Positions 1 through 9,653 of a DNA stretch of 64,000 bases are shown piece after piece. Made by a program: the position numbers and the translations under genes. Source of the stretch: a virus; the IMG/VR virus record IMGVR_UViG_3300033144_006256, positions 20,645-84,644 of that record; one strand, 5' to 3'. Position 1 is the first letter of the stretch, and every line of letters starts with the position of its first letter. Under the pieces are notes generated by a model, which ran no database searches, was not told the origin of the DNA, and saw only the letters and a program-made list of their open reading frames with translations.

Positions 1-1
1 A

Positions 2-913
2 GGCGGAAAAGAAAAAGTAGATATACAATTATTAGGGCAACAAACCCGATTATCAAAAGCAGTTTTGAAAAATAGCACACAAACAACACTTTATACAGAT
101 ACAACAGCAGGATTAACAACTGCTGCGGCTGGTTCAGTAGCGGATTTAGGACTTGTTATGAGAGCGATAATAACAAGGTGGCAAGCAGAAGAAACTAATC
201 CGATTATTACAACAACAGCAGGGCAATGTAAAGATACAAACACAACAGAAACTTATACTTTTACATCAAGAACTTATTTAGATGCAATTAATACAGTAAA
301 AGGATTATCACCATCAGCATTATGGTATTGGTATTTAGATGAAAATAATGTTTTCAATTTTAGAAGTGATGCAATTACAGAACACACCTTTTATTTTGGC
401 AAGCATCTTTCAAGTTTAAAGGTAGAAAAACGCATTGACACAATCGTTAATTTCGTGTTAATATACAATCGTGATACAGGTTCACCGATATACAGAATGT
501 ATACAGATAATAATTCAGTTAATCTATATGGGACACGAACATTAAAAATACAAAATAAAAGTATTATAAACACAGATATTGCAGATAAAATAGGAAATAG
601 AATTATAAATGAAATGAAAAATCCAGATGTTCGTGTTGAAATGGATATAATTGATAATAATGAAAGCAGTGATGGATATGATATTGAAAGTATCCGTCCA
701 GGCGATACTTTCAAATTGCGTGGCGTTAATGACGCTTTGGCAAATACAATTTACGATGATATGCAAATTACAGAAGTTCAATATAGATTAGATGGGGCAA
801 GGGTTATAGCAGAACCAGTAAAATCAGGGATTATTCAATCAATAGTGAATGTAAATACAAAACTAGATGAAATAGGGAGCGAAGGTGTAGGCACAACATA
901 CACCGCAGCGTAA
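2..913 (+). CDS. Tail/baseplate hub-like virion protein, 5' partial
   Basis: Frame is open from position 2, so the gene starts before the window. Beta-rich phage tail-like C-terminus (SVNLYG..., IRPGD..., ITEVQY); lies just upstream of the lysis genes. Confidence 0.55.
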   Translation, partial: GGKEKVDIQLLGQQTRLSKAVLKNSTQTTLYTDTTAGLTTAAAGSVADLGLVMRAIITRWQAEETNPIITTTAGQCKDTNTTETYTFTSRTYLDAINTVKGLSPSALWYWYLDENNVFNFRSDAITEHTFYFGKHLSSLKVEKRIDTIVNFVLIYNRDTGSPIYRMYTDNNSVNLYGTRTLKIQNKSIINTDIADKIGNRIINEMKNPDVRVEMDIIDNNESSDGYDIESIRPGDTFKLRGVNDALANTIYDDMQITEVQYRLDGARVIAEPVKSGIIQSIVNVNTKLDEIGSEGVGTTYTAA

Positions 914-914
914 A

Positions 915-1388
915 ATGGAAAGTGATATTATAAAAGCAATAGATAAATTAAAAGAAAGCAACGAAAAATTAATTTCAGTTGCATATAATCAAGGGTTTAA
1001 ATCATACGGAGAACATATTAAACCAGCAGAAGAAACAAAGATAGAACTTAATAAATTAAATGTAGAAGTATCAACTATGAAAGATTATATGAAAGCCATT
1101 GATAAAAAAATGGAAAACCACGATGAAGTATTAGATAAAATACATAACGAATTGAAAGATTTTATAAATAATGCTAATATAAAATTTGAACAAAAAGATT
1201 TAAACAGAAACGAACATAAAGAATTAAGGGTTAGCTTAGAAGAATATAAAGATAAAGCAGAAAGCAAGTTTGCTTCTAAAGGTATTGAAGATATGCTAAC
1301 ATCAATAAATAGGAAAGTTTGGATAACAATTATTATTTTTATATTAAGCACTTGTGCATTTGTGGCAGTAAAATTTGGGTTATTATAG
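915..1388 (+). CDS. Coiled-coil protein with C-terminal TM helix (holin-like)
   Basis: Hydrophobic C-terminus VWITIIIFILSTCAFVAVKFGLL; sits between tail gene and amidase. Confidence 0.45.
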   Translation: MESDIIKAIDKLKESNEKLISVAYNQGFKSYGEHIKPAEETKIELNKLNVEVSTMKDYMKAIDKKMENHDEVLDKIHNELKDFINNANIKFEQKDLNRNEHKELRVSLEEYKDKAESKFASKGIEDMLTSINRKVWITIIIFILSTCAFVAVKFGLL

Positions 1389-1559
1389 TTCAATTTTTTA
1401 CAACTAAACAAAAGTATATCGTTAACGGTTATCTTTATGCGTAAATGCGTATAAAAGCGTATTATTTGAAACATAAAGGTAATTATGCTATCTCAGATTA
1501 TATGTAAATTGCAATTTATATATAACTTTGCTTAGTTTTAAGTAATTAAAAAAATATTG

Positions 1560-1779
1560 TAGTTTTTAACAACTTAGCGAATGACATTCTGAAAGAAGAA
1601 TAGGGCAACCAACGCCCGAACTATTAAAACAATTCCGCATAGTTAGTTTATAGCTTTTATCAAGTATCCAAGCCATTCGTTTGGTTTGGGATTATATACT
1701 TAGATAGAACACGCAAGTGGGAAGATAATGCGAGCAACTGCTGTAAGTGTTGCATTTTTCGCTAAGTTGTTAAAAACTA
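1560..1779 (+). ncRNA. Putative structured RNA closed by a 22-bp perfect inverted repeat
   Basis: TAGTTTTTAACAACTTAGCGAA (1560-1581) pairs with TTCGCTAAGTTGTTAAAAACTA (1758-1779); several internal hairpins; no ORF. Confidence 0.55.
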
Positions 1780-1801
1780 TAACAGGTTATAAGATAAAAC
1801 A

Positions 1802-2467
1802 ATGATTACATATTTTAATTGTGCGGGACATAATAAAAAATCAGTAGGGGCGGCATATTTTAATACAACAGAAGAACGGCAAACAAGAGAAACAAGAGAT
1901 GAAGTATCAACTAACCTTTTACCATATAATATAAATGTAGTAAAAGATAATGATGATTTTTCATTAACTGATACTATTAAATGGATAAATAAAAATTGTA
2001 AATCTGGCGATATTGCGATTGAAATTCATTTTAACGCTTCTAAAAAACATAATGCAAGGGGTGTAGAAGGTTGGGTATATACTGGAAATGCTAAAATTGG
2101 TTTATTATGCCGTAATATAGTTAAAAGAATTAGCGATTATACAGGTATGAAAAATAGGGGAGTTAAATATAGTGATAAGTATGCTTTTATAAGAGATACT
2201 AAATGTGATGCTATAATTCTTGAATGTGGATTTTTAGATAGTGAATTTGATGCAAAGATAATTCTTGATCCGAATAACGATGATTTGATTTCTAAGGCGA
2301 TTTCAGATGAAATGGTATCTTATATGGGGTTATCGCTTAAAACCCCGCAGAACGCAGATTTGAGCGAACCAGAGCAACTTGATGATGAAGATTTTGAAGA
2401 ACTTGATGAAAAACTTGATGAAATTTTATATGATTTAGATGAAATTATCAAAATATTAAGCAAATAA
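1802..2467 (+). CDS. N-acetylmuramoyl-L-alanine amidase (Amidase_3), endolysin
   Basis: AGH, conserved E, IEIHFNA, GVE and ILECGFLD zinc-amidase motifs. Confidence 0.9.
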   Translation: MITYFNCAGHNKKSVGAAYFNTTEERQTRETRDEVSTNLLPYNINVVKDNDDFSLTDTIKWINKNCKSGDIAIEIHFNASKKHNARGVEGWVYTGNAKIGLLCRNIVKRISDYTGMKNRGVKYSDKYAFIRDTKCDAIILECGFLDSEFDAKIILDPNNDDLISKAISDEMVSYMGLSLKTPQNADLSEPEQLDDEDFEELDEKLDEILYDLDEIIKILSK

Positions 2468-2515
2468 CATAAAAACTTATTAGTATATTCAAAAGATATT
2501 TTCGCAAAGATATGA

Positions 2516-3133
2516 ATAAGCGTATATGTTATTAAGGGAAAATTTATTTGTAAGCGTATTTTCATACCTGCAATAATTATAGCATTCGTTATACCTCCGC
2601 TTCTATCGTATTATTTAACAAAAAATAATACCTTAAAAGAAAATAAAATACTTATAGAAGAAATTGATGAAGAAATAATCGGTGGATCTGATTATACTTT
2701 ATTTGAATATACAATACCACCTAAGTCTAAACCAAAAAAAATAACATCATCTAAAAAAAGAAATGTTATTGCTAGTGAAAGTTTGGGCTTTTTTATTTGC
2801 CCTGCTACTGGAATATCTTGGGGAAAGTATCACGGAAGAAATGCTGTTGATATAGCGAATGCTAGTGGAGGAAATATTATAGCTTCTGCTTCTGGCATCA
2901 TCACCAAAGTTGGCAAAGGCTATAATGGCGGTTTGGGCAACTATGTTATAATTGCCCACTCAGAGGGCGTAGAAACTCTGTATGCACACTTATCGGCTAT
3001 TTATATATTTGAGGGTCAAGAAATTCAACAGGGGGCAATTCTGGGGCTTATGGGGGCTACTGGACACTGTATACCCGCAGGAGCTGTTCATCTTCATTGG
3101 GAAGTTCACGGAGCTGATAATCCTTTAAACTAA
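2516..3133 (+). CDS. M23 family metallopeptidase with N-terminal TM segment
   Basis: HxxxxxD, GNYVII.H, TLYAHLS, HLHWEV. Frame is open from 2516 and includes a TM stretch (IFIPAIIIAFVIPPLLSYY); the ORF track starts at TTG 2783, so the true start is uncertain. Confidence 0.85.
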   Translation: MSVYVIKGKFICKRIFIPAIIIAFVIPPLLSYYLTKNNTLKENKILIEEIDEEIIGGSDYTLFEYTIPPKSKPKKITSSKKRNVIASESLGFFICPATGISWGKYHGRNAVDIANASGGNIIASASGIITKVGKGYNGGLGNYVIIAHSEGVETLYAHLSAIYIFEGQEIQQGAILGLMGATGHCIPAGAVHLHWEVHGADNPLN

Positions 3134-3462
3134 GATTTCAAAAAGTTCTTTTTTAAAATCATATTTTCTATAATCTATATAACCGCATTTATCACATTCA
3201 AAGTAGTGACCCCAATTGCTGTTATCTATAAGCGGATTTCTAATTGCAAAAGGGTTTTTACCAATTTCATTATTACAATGTAAGCATTTCATATTTTTTA
3301 TTTAAAATCGTTTATTATATTTTTAAAACTTTCCCAAAAAGTATGTTCGCTATAAGTATAATATCCAAAAGCCATTAAAAGGATAAAAGGTAATCCTAGT
3401 GTTATTGCAAAAATAAATATAAGTTTTCTATACAGTTTTTCCATTTTATTTTATTAAACTTA

Positions 3463-3681
3463 TTACAAATTATATTCTAATCCTGATTTATCCCATAAAC
3501 TTTTCAATTCTTTATCTTTTAATTTTGAAAATAAACATAAACTTCTAAACCCTAGTGCTTCATTTAATAAATTTTTATCCATTTCTGTTGCTGTATTATT
3601 TTTAACATTAAATAATCTAGCTGAACCATTTATATTTATTGCTTCTAATATTTTTATTCTTGTTTTACTTAATATTTTCAT
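3463..3681 (-). CDS. Hypothetical protein
   Basis: ATG ORF in the leftward operon. Confidence 0.55.
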   Translation of the reverse strand: MKILSKTRIKILEAININGSARLFNVKNNTATEMDKNLLNEALGFRSLCLFSKLKDKELKSLWDKSGLEYNL

Positions 3682-3783
3682 ATTATTTTATTATACTTAT
3701 TACACAAGCAAACCATAATCCCCATATACCAACAAAAAAATAAACTTTTAAGATAGTTAGCTTAGGATTTTTCCACTTGGATT

Positions 3784-4059
3784 TCATAAATATTCTACTA
3801 CTTTAATCCCCAGTTTTTTACAAAGTTTTTTAAAATCATTTTTCCCATTATAATATTGATAAAAGATTATTGAAACATCATCTGATTTTCCTTTATAATA
3901 TCTATCCACAAAATAAGCAAATCCGCATTCTTTTTTATCTATTAAACCGCAGATATTATCCATATCACCAATATTTTTTCCTTCATAAGGGCAGAACCTT
4001 TTTACCTTTAAAGGAATTTCTATTACAAGATTATTGTTTTTTACAGATATTTTTTCCAT
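3784..4059 (-). CDS. Hypothetical protein
   Basis: ATG ORF translationally coupled to the methyltransferase stop. Confidence 0.6.
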   Translation of the reverse strand: MEKISVKNNNLVIEIPLKVKRFCPYEGKNIGDMDNICGLIDKKECGFAYFVDRYYKGKSDDVSIIFYQYYNGKNDFKKLCKKLGIKVVEYL

Positions 4060-4724
4060 TATAATATTCTTTTATTTGCTATATTACAATAATTTTTACT
4101 TAATTCTATCCCTATAAATTTCCTATTAAATTGTTTTGCAATTTTTAATATAGTCCCACTACCACAGAAAGGATCAATTATTAAATCATTTTCTTCTGTT
4201 GTCGATAATATTATTCTTTTTGCAATTTCTTCAGGAATTGGACAGCTATGATTATTATTCTTTTTACTAACATTTTTAATTTGATTTACTTTCCACCAAT
4301 CGTAACTTCTACAAGTTTTTCCTTCTGCAATTCTTTTTTTTATTCTTTTATCATTAGGATTTTTATATTCTTGAGGTATTTTTCTAAAATCTGGTTTGCA
4401 ATTCCACCAAGTTATAATCCTATGTTGTTTTGCTGTATTGCTATTATATACCCAACTTACAGATTGTTGGCATAAACCCAAATCAAGTGTTGCTAAAATA
4501 TTTATTGTTTCTTCTGGATAATGAATTATTATTGATTTTTTATTTGAAAAAACATTATATAATAAATCCCTATATTCATCTACATCTAAATTATCAGTGT
4601 AATTATCATAATGATATTTTTGGTTATAAGGTGGATCGCTTATAAAAAATGCTTTAGATAATATTTTATTATCAATATTATCTAAAATTTCTAAACAGTC
4701 ACCTTGTATAATTTTATTTTCCAT
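4059..4724 (-). CDS. DNA methyltransferase, N6A/N4C beta class
   Basis: GDCLE, SDPPY, then DPFCGSGT...FIGIE; probable start MENKIIQGD at 4724. Confidence 0.9.
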   Translation of the reverse strand: MENKIIQGDCLEILDNIDNKILSKAFFISDPPYNQKYHYDNYTDNLDVDEYRDLLYNVFSNKKSIIIHYPEETINILATLDLGLCQQSVSWVYNSNTAKQHRIITWWNCKPDFRKIPQEYKNPNDKRIKKRIAEGKTCRSYDWWKVNQIKNVSKKNNNHSCPIPEEIAKRIILSTTEENDLIIDPFCGSGTILKIAKQFNRKFIGIELSKNYCNIANKRIL

Positions 4725-4819
4725 TTTGTTTTCACAACAAGTTATAGTTATTTTTCCAAAGAATGCCACTAGCGATTGATGAACTAATGGCATTTTCAAG
4801 AAATACAACTTATATTTTT

Positions 4820-4847
4820 ATTATAGCAGATATTTAAAAAATGTCAA
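4820..4847 (-). promoter_or_regulatory. Sigma70-type promoter, leftward
   Basis: TTGACA-N16-TATAAT with extended TGn on the minus strand. Confidence 0.8.
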
Positions 4848-4884
4848 GCGACCATATAACCATTATAACTTTAAAAACAAGGAT

Positions 4885-4913
4885 TTGACATTTTTAGTAG
4901 TATGAATTATAAT
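4885..4913 (+). promoter_or_regulatory. Consensus sigma70 promoter of non-coding element A
   Basis: TTGACA-N17-TATAAT. Confidence 0.85.
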
Positions 4914-5620
4914 ATAGTTAATGTATAGGGAAGATAGTTATAAAATTGATAACAGTTTTATAATCCGAGAAATCGGTGAAAACTTTTCTATACATTGCAT
5001 TTAACACCCGTAAGGGTGTTTTTTGCTTGTTGAATAATGCGAATTATGTTCAACAAAAATACAATTATGTTTTTTGATATAAAAAGTTTTCGCTATATCG
5101 GAGTAGGCGTACGAAACTGACGAGTGTTTAGCCAGTTAAGTTTTCTGGTGAATTAAAAAAACGATATTTCTTAATTACCTAGTGACTGGGTTAAGAAATA
5201 ATGATAAGCGATTAAAATTAAATAACAAATATTCTAATTAAAAGGATTTTATATCGCCACCAATGCTTCTGTGTGCTTGTTATGTAGCTACAGATAACCG
5301 TCACGAAAAGGGTGCTGGGGTGCGGATCCTCTAAATATCCGCCACTTCTTGAAGAATAAATTTTTAATATTCTAACGCACAAAATCTAAACATCCCTTTT
5401 TATATCAACATTCATATAAATATCCAATTTATTAATTCCATTTCAAAAGCGGGATAACTACAACAATTTTTGAAGAATAAATTATAAAGAAATAATATTA
5501 AACAAGTAAGAATAAAAAGAAATAAAAAAAAGAAAAAAACCGCTTGCGATAGCAAGCCACGAAGCGTAGCGAAGTGTGTATCGGAAATAAAAAATAAAAA
5601 ACAAAATATTAAATAATAGT
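4914..5620 (+). ncRNA. Large non-coding structured element, copy A (homolog of 28553-29205)
   Basis: No ORF; colinear motif conservation and compensatory stem changes versus copy B. Confidence 0.6.
5003..5024 (+). terminator. Intrinsic terminator/attenuator inside element A
   Basis: AACACCC-GTAA-GGGTGTT followed by a T run. Confidence 0.7.
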
Positions 5621-5649
5621 AATAATTTTAAAAAAAGATAATACAACAC

Positions 5650-5677
5650 TTGACATTTTTCCTATATCTGTTATAAT
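5650..5677 (+). promoter_or_regulatory. Sigma70-type early promoter
   Basis: TTGACA-N16-TATAAT with TGn extension. Confidence 0.8.
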
Positions 5678-5707
5678 AAAGATATAATAAATTAAAGGAA
5701 CAAAAAT

Positions 5708-6271
5708 ATGTCTAAAATAACAATATCTATAATAAAAAGTTTTATTAAAAAGAACTTTAAAAAAATATACATAAAAATAACAAGTAATTTTGATACTAAT
5801 GATGATTGCTTAATTGGGTTTAAAGATAGCGAATTTAATATTATGGCAGAAAGCATAAGATACCCTAAAAATACATTGGGGATAGAAGGTGCTTGGTTTA
5901 TAGGAAACAGCAGGGATTATTTTGAAAAATATGAAGATGATGAATTTACTGGATATACAGTTAGTAATTGTTGCGGTTCATTTATAATAGCAATTAAAAA
6001 ACCAACAGATAAAAATATATTAGATGATTATATACAATTAAAAACTAATTTTTATGGTAAAAAGTTTTCAATATACCAGTTATTCTTAAATGAATTTCGG
6101 GGGAAAGATAAAAAATTTAGTGAACTTACAGATATACCAGCAGATTTAATACCTTGCCTAGCAATATTTAATGATAATAAAATACAATTATGGTTTCATC
6201 TTAACAATGGGGCAACAGTAAAAGAATATTTAACAAATAAATTTTTAAATAAAGAATTTGGAAGGAAATAA
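5708..6271 (+). CDS. Hypothetical early protein
   Basis: First ORF after a strong promoter; AAAGGA RBS. Confidence 0.7.
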   Translation: MSKITISIIKSFIKKNFKKIYIKITSNFDTNDDCLIGFKDSEFNIMAESIRYPKNTLGIEGAWFIGNSRDYFEKYEDDEFTGYTVSNCCGSFIIAIKKPTDKNILDDYIQLKTNFYGKKFSIYQLFLNEFRGKDKKFSELTDIPADLIPCLAIFNDNKIQLWFHLNNGATVKEYLTNKFLNKEFGRK

Positions 6272-6275
6272 AAAT

Positions 6276-6626
6276 ATGAAATTTAATTTAAAAGAAGAAT
6301 ATAAGGAAGCAGATTTAACTAATATAGAAACACTTAAACAAATAGTTATAAATAAATTTAAAGAATATAAGTTGCCTTTAAACAAGATTATAAAGAAAGA
6401 TGATGGAATGTTTATTTATGGTAAATATTGCACAGAACATTGCAGAATAGTAAGAAAATTAGTTAAAGAAATATCTAATAATGAATATTTATACGAAAGA
6501 AAAAAGAAATATTATAATTGCAATTTTATTGGTACAGAAAATTTAGAAGAATTTCAAAATATACTTGAAATGATAATTAGTGAAAATTTAAGAAGAAAGG
6601 AATTTAAATTATATGAAAAAATATAA
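6276..6626 (+). CDS. Hypothetical protein
   Basis: ATG MKFNL at 6276 follows the previous stop. Confidence 0.6.
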   Translation: MKFNLKEEYKEADLTNIETLKQIVINKFKEYKLPLNKIIKKDDGMFIYGKYCTEHCRIVRKLVKEISNNEYLYERKKKYYNCNFIGTENLEEFQNILEMIISENLRRKEFKLYEKI

Positions 6627-7043
6627 AAAAACTATGAAAAAATTTGGTTTCATAATAGGTGTAAATGGTTTTCCAATTGATGTACAAGAAACTACGGAGA
6701 AAAAAGCTTTATTAAAATTTATAGATAAATATTATAAAAGGTTAGAAGATGAAAATTTTATATTTAGTTGTTTGGGGGAAATGGTTAAATAGATATAATA
6801 AATTAAGAAATTAAAAATATGATTGATACAAACATTATATTACAAAAAGAAATAAACAATGCACTTATTGAAAGTAATAAAATTACTGCTAAACTTCAAA
6901 CAAGTATATTAGAAGATATAGAAAAAATTAAAAAGCGATTAGATAAATTAGAAAAAAGGATAAAATAAAAATATGAATTATAAAGATGAATTAAAATTTC
7001 AAGAAATATTAAATAGATTATATGTTAAAGATGAAACAAAAAA

Positions 7044-7724
7044 ATGAAAAAATCTTGGAAATATTCATCACCAAATGGCAAGGAAGTTTGGAAAGAACTT
7101 GAAAAAATATCTAATGTTGGATATTCAAATTTCTTTACTGATTGGCTTGATTTAATATTAGCATCGCTTCTTTCTTTAACTGATAATTTAAAAAGGGATA
7201 ATATTAAAGAAAAACTACTTAATAATAAACTTGATGGCATATACGAAGAAAGATATTTGCAAATCGCCAATAAATATAAAAGCGAAAAAGAAATAGGAAA
7301 TCGTCCAATAGATTTTTTTGCAAATGCTTGGAACAAACTTTTTAAAGAAACATTAGAAAAACAAAAAGATATTTTAGGTGATATTTATCAGGGCAGAATA
7401 ACAATGGGAGAAGCAGGACAGTTTTTTACGCCAGAACATATCACAGAAGCGATGGCAGAAATGCAAATAACAGAAGATAATAAAAATATAATCGATCCGT
7501 GTTGCGGTAGCGGAAGATTTTTAATATCAGCTAATAAGAAGAATAAAAACTGTTATCTTAATGGTATTGATATTGATAATAGATGTGCCAAAATGTGTGC
7601 TATAAATATGTGGATATTTGATTGCAATGCAACAGTTAGACAAGGCAATCCTTTAACAAATGAATTTTACAATCAATGTGATATACGAAAAGGCTGGTTT
7701 ATTTATGAACGAATTTTAGCTTAA
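7044..7724 (+). CDS. Short N-6 DNA methylase-like protein (HsdM-like SAM-binding region)
   Basis: DILG.IY, GQFFTP, DPCCGSGRFL, GIDID; no NPPY/F catalytic motif. Confidence 0.75.
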   Translation: MKKSWKYSSPNGKEVWKELEKISNVGYSNFFTDWLDLILASLLSLTDNLKRDNIKEKLLNNKLDGIYEERYLQIANKYKSEKEIGNRPIDFFANAWNKLFKETLEKQKDILGDIYQGRITMGEAGQFFTPEHITEAMAEMQITEDNKNIIDPCCGSGRFLISANKKNKNCYLNGIDIDNRCAKMCAINMWIFDCNATVRQGNPLTNEFYNQCDIRKGWFIYERILA

Positions 7725-7742
7725 CAAAGCGGGAAGATAAAG

Positions 7743-7798
7743 TTATCCACTTTTATCCACCTTTGAACGCTTGACATTTATTCTACATCTGCTATAAT
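7743..7798 (+). promoter_or_regulatory. Two DnaA-box-like sites plus sigma70 promoter
   Basis: TTATCCACT 7743 and TTATCCACC 7753; TTGACA(7771)-N16-TATAAT(7793). Confidence 0.7.
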
Positions 7799-7923
7799 AA
7801 AAATAACAAAGAAAAGCGAACCCTATCGGGCAAGATATAATAAACACAAGTTACTAATTATATCTACAACGACGGGCTGGCAATTCTATAAATAATAATA
7901 TAATTTAGAAGGAGAACAAAAAA

Positions 7924-8142
7924 ATTAATTCAACAACAAAATATATAAAAGCAAAAATTAAAATAATAAAAAAAGATGTTGAAAATTATGATACAGAATC
8001 AGCACACGAGACAGAAGATAGTTTACGGGATGAAATATTAAAAAATATAGCTTCTGGTGAATATACAAAACAAGAATGTATAGATATGGCAAAAGAAGTA
8101 TTAAAAACTAATAAAATAAATTTTACTAGATGGTGTGCATAA
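7924..8142 (+). CDS. Small phage protein with apparent ATT start (not in ORF track)
   Basis: AGGAG RBS then ATT; 72-aa frame ...DTESAHETEDSLRDEILKNIA...FTRWCA. Confidence 0.6.
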   Translation: MNSTTKYIKAKIKIIKKDVENYDTESAHETEDSLRDEILKNIASGEYTKQECIDMAKEVLKTNKINFTRWCA

Positions 8143-8154
8143 TAAAATAAAAAT

Positions 8155-8421
8155 ATGGGAATACTAATTATAACAACAATAATAATATCACTGATAACAT
8201 TAATAGCTTGGATTGCTGATATGAATGTAAAATACATCTTAAAAGTAATTTTCTGGATAATATTAGCAATAGTATTTTTCAAGATAATATCATTAGGGAT
8301 TAAACAACACGAACAGAACGAATGTACAGCTTTACTAAAACAGAAAGAAAATATAGGCGAAATATGGTTTTCGGCAGATTGGCAAAAGAAAATGTGCTCA
8401 ACTTTCAACATAGAACTTTAA
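8155..8421 (+). CDS. Small membrane protein
   Basis: Two hydrophobic segments. Confidence 0.6.
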   Translation: MGILIITTIIISLITLIAWIADMNVKYILKVIFWIILAIVFFKIISLGIKQHEQNECTALLKQKENIGEIWFSADWQKKMCSTFNIEL

Positions 8422-8433
8422 AACATAATAAAT

Positions 8434-8547
8434 TTAGCTTGCTTGACTGCTACTCATTTACATAGGTTTTTTTAGCAAGTATTTAAGACATAGGTATTTG
8501 CAATTTTTGTTCTCCTATGTATCTGGAGTAGCAATTTAGCAAGCTAA
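8434..8547 (+). ncRNA. Long intergenic hairpin, family copy 1
   Basis: TTAGCTTGCT...AGCAAGCTAA closing stem, nested TGCTACTC/GAGTAGCA and TACATAGG/CCTATGTA. Confidence 0.55.
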
Positions 8548-8710
8548 CTAAAAGGAGGCAATGTGAAAACAAAACAAGAATATTGGTTAAATATCGCCAA
8601 CCAATTAAAAAACAGGGGCGATAACGAACAGAAAATAAAAAGAATAATTACAACTTGCAGTGATGATAAAACCGCTAATCAAGTGATAAACTATATAAGG
8701 AAATAATTTT

Positions 8711-9055
8711 ATGGATACAAAACAAGAATTCAAAAAATTTAAAAAGGAACATACATTAAAAGATATGCAGGAAGAAAAAAACCAACAAGATTATATTAAT
8801 AAAGATACTGCTGTTAATCTTGAAAAAGAAATCCTGCTAAAAGAAGAAAAAATTAGTGATATGCTATATCAAGGTGAAGCGAACATTAGGTTTTGTAATA
8901 TGCTAAGTGAAATGTTAAAAGAAGAAGAAAAAAAGATTTTCTGGTTTGCACGACCGAAATATAAAGTGATTTTAAAGATTTACAGAAAAGCGATTAAGGA
9001 TTGGAGAGAATTAAATATCAATTTAAAAATGGATATAGATAAAAAAGTAAAATAA
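8711..9055 (+). CDS. Hypothetical protein
   Basis: ATG ORF in the early operon. Confidence 0.6.
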   Translation: MDTKQEFKKFKKEHTLKDMQEEKNQQDYINKDTAVNLEKEILLKEEKISDMLYQGEANIRFCNMLSEMLKEEEKKIFWFARPKYKVILKIYRKAIKDWRELNINLKMDIDKKVK

Positions 9056-9059
9056 AAAT

Positions 9060-9644
9060 ATGAAACAAAAATTAAAATGCAAGTTTTGTAAAAAAACATT
9101 CATAGATATAATCGGACAGGATAAAAATAATGCAATTTGTGATAATTGTGTAAATGGAAATGTCAGAATAATAAAAACATCTTGGTTCAGCTTAGTAGTT
9201 TTGATACTTTTAACAGCATTATTGATAAGTTGTTTTATGCTAAAAGTTGTATTGTTTGAAAGAGAATTAAAATCTATAACGGTTATAAAGATTGAAAGGC
9301 AAGAAATAATTGAAGAACCAGAAATTTTACCAGCGATTCCGCAACCAAAAAAGATATTATCATTAAAAGCCAGCTACTATGTAAATAACTGCTGTGGTAA
9401 AGATGTTTGTATTACAGCTAATGGCGAAGTATATGACGATAGCCAGCTTACCGCAGCGTGCAATCTTGTGCCACTAGGAACGATTTTAAATGTTCAGCAT
9501 AAAGAAAAAGAAATCACAGTAAGGGTAAATGATAGAATTAGCAAGAAATATGGCAATAGCAGAATAGATTTGTCCAAAGGGGCATTTGCAAAATTAGGGA
9601 ATTTAGAAGCGGGGTTGTTAAATGTAAAAGTTTTAATAAACTAA
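9060..9644 (+). CDS. RlpA-like (DPBB) lytic transglycosylase-domain membrane protein
   Basis: ASYY, TANGE, TAA, VRVNDR, IDLS..AF; N-terminal Zn-ribbon-like Cys pairs and a TM helix. Confidence 0.85.
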   Translation: MKQKLKCKFCKKTFIDIIGQDKNNAICDNCVNGNVRIIKTSWFSLVVLILLTALLISCFMLKVVLFERELKSITVIKIERQEIIEEPEILPAIPQPKKILSLKASYYVNNCCGKDVCITANGEVYDDSQLTAACNLVPLGTILNVQHKEKEITVRVNDRISKKYGNSRIDLSKGAFAKLGNLEAGLLNVKVLIN

Positions 9645-9653
9645 ATTAAAATT

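Noticed and set aside
5110-5310. Hammerhead ribozyme (CTGACGA and CGAAA present)
   Set aside because: Stems I and III could not be built, and copy B lacks the CTGANGA core.
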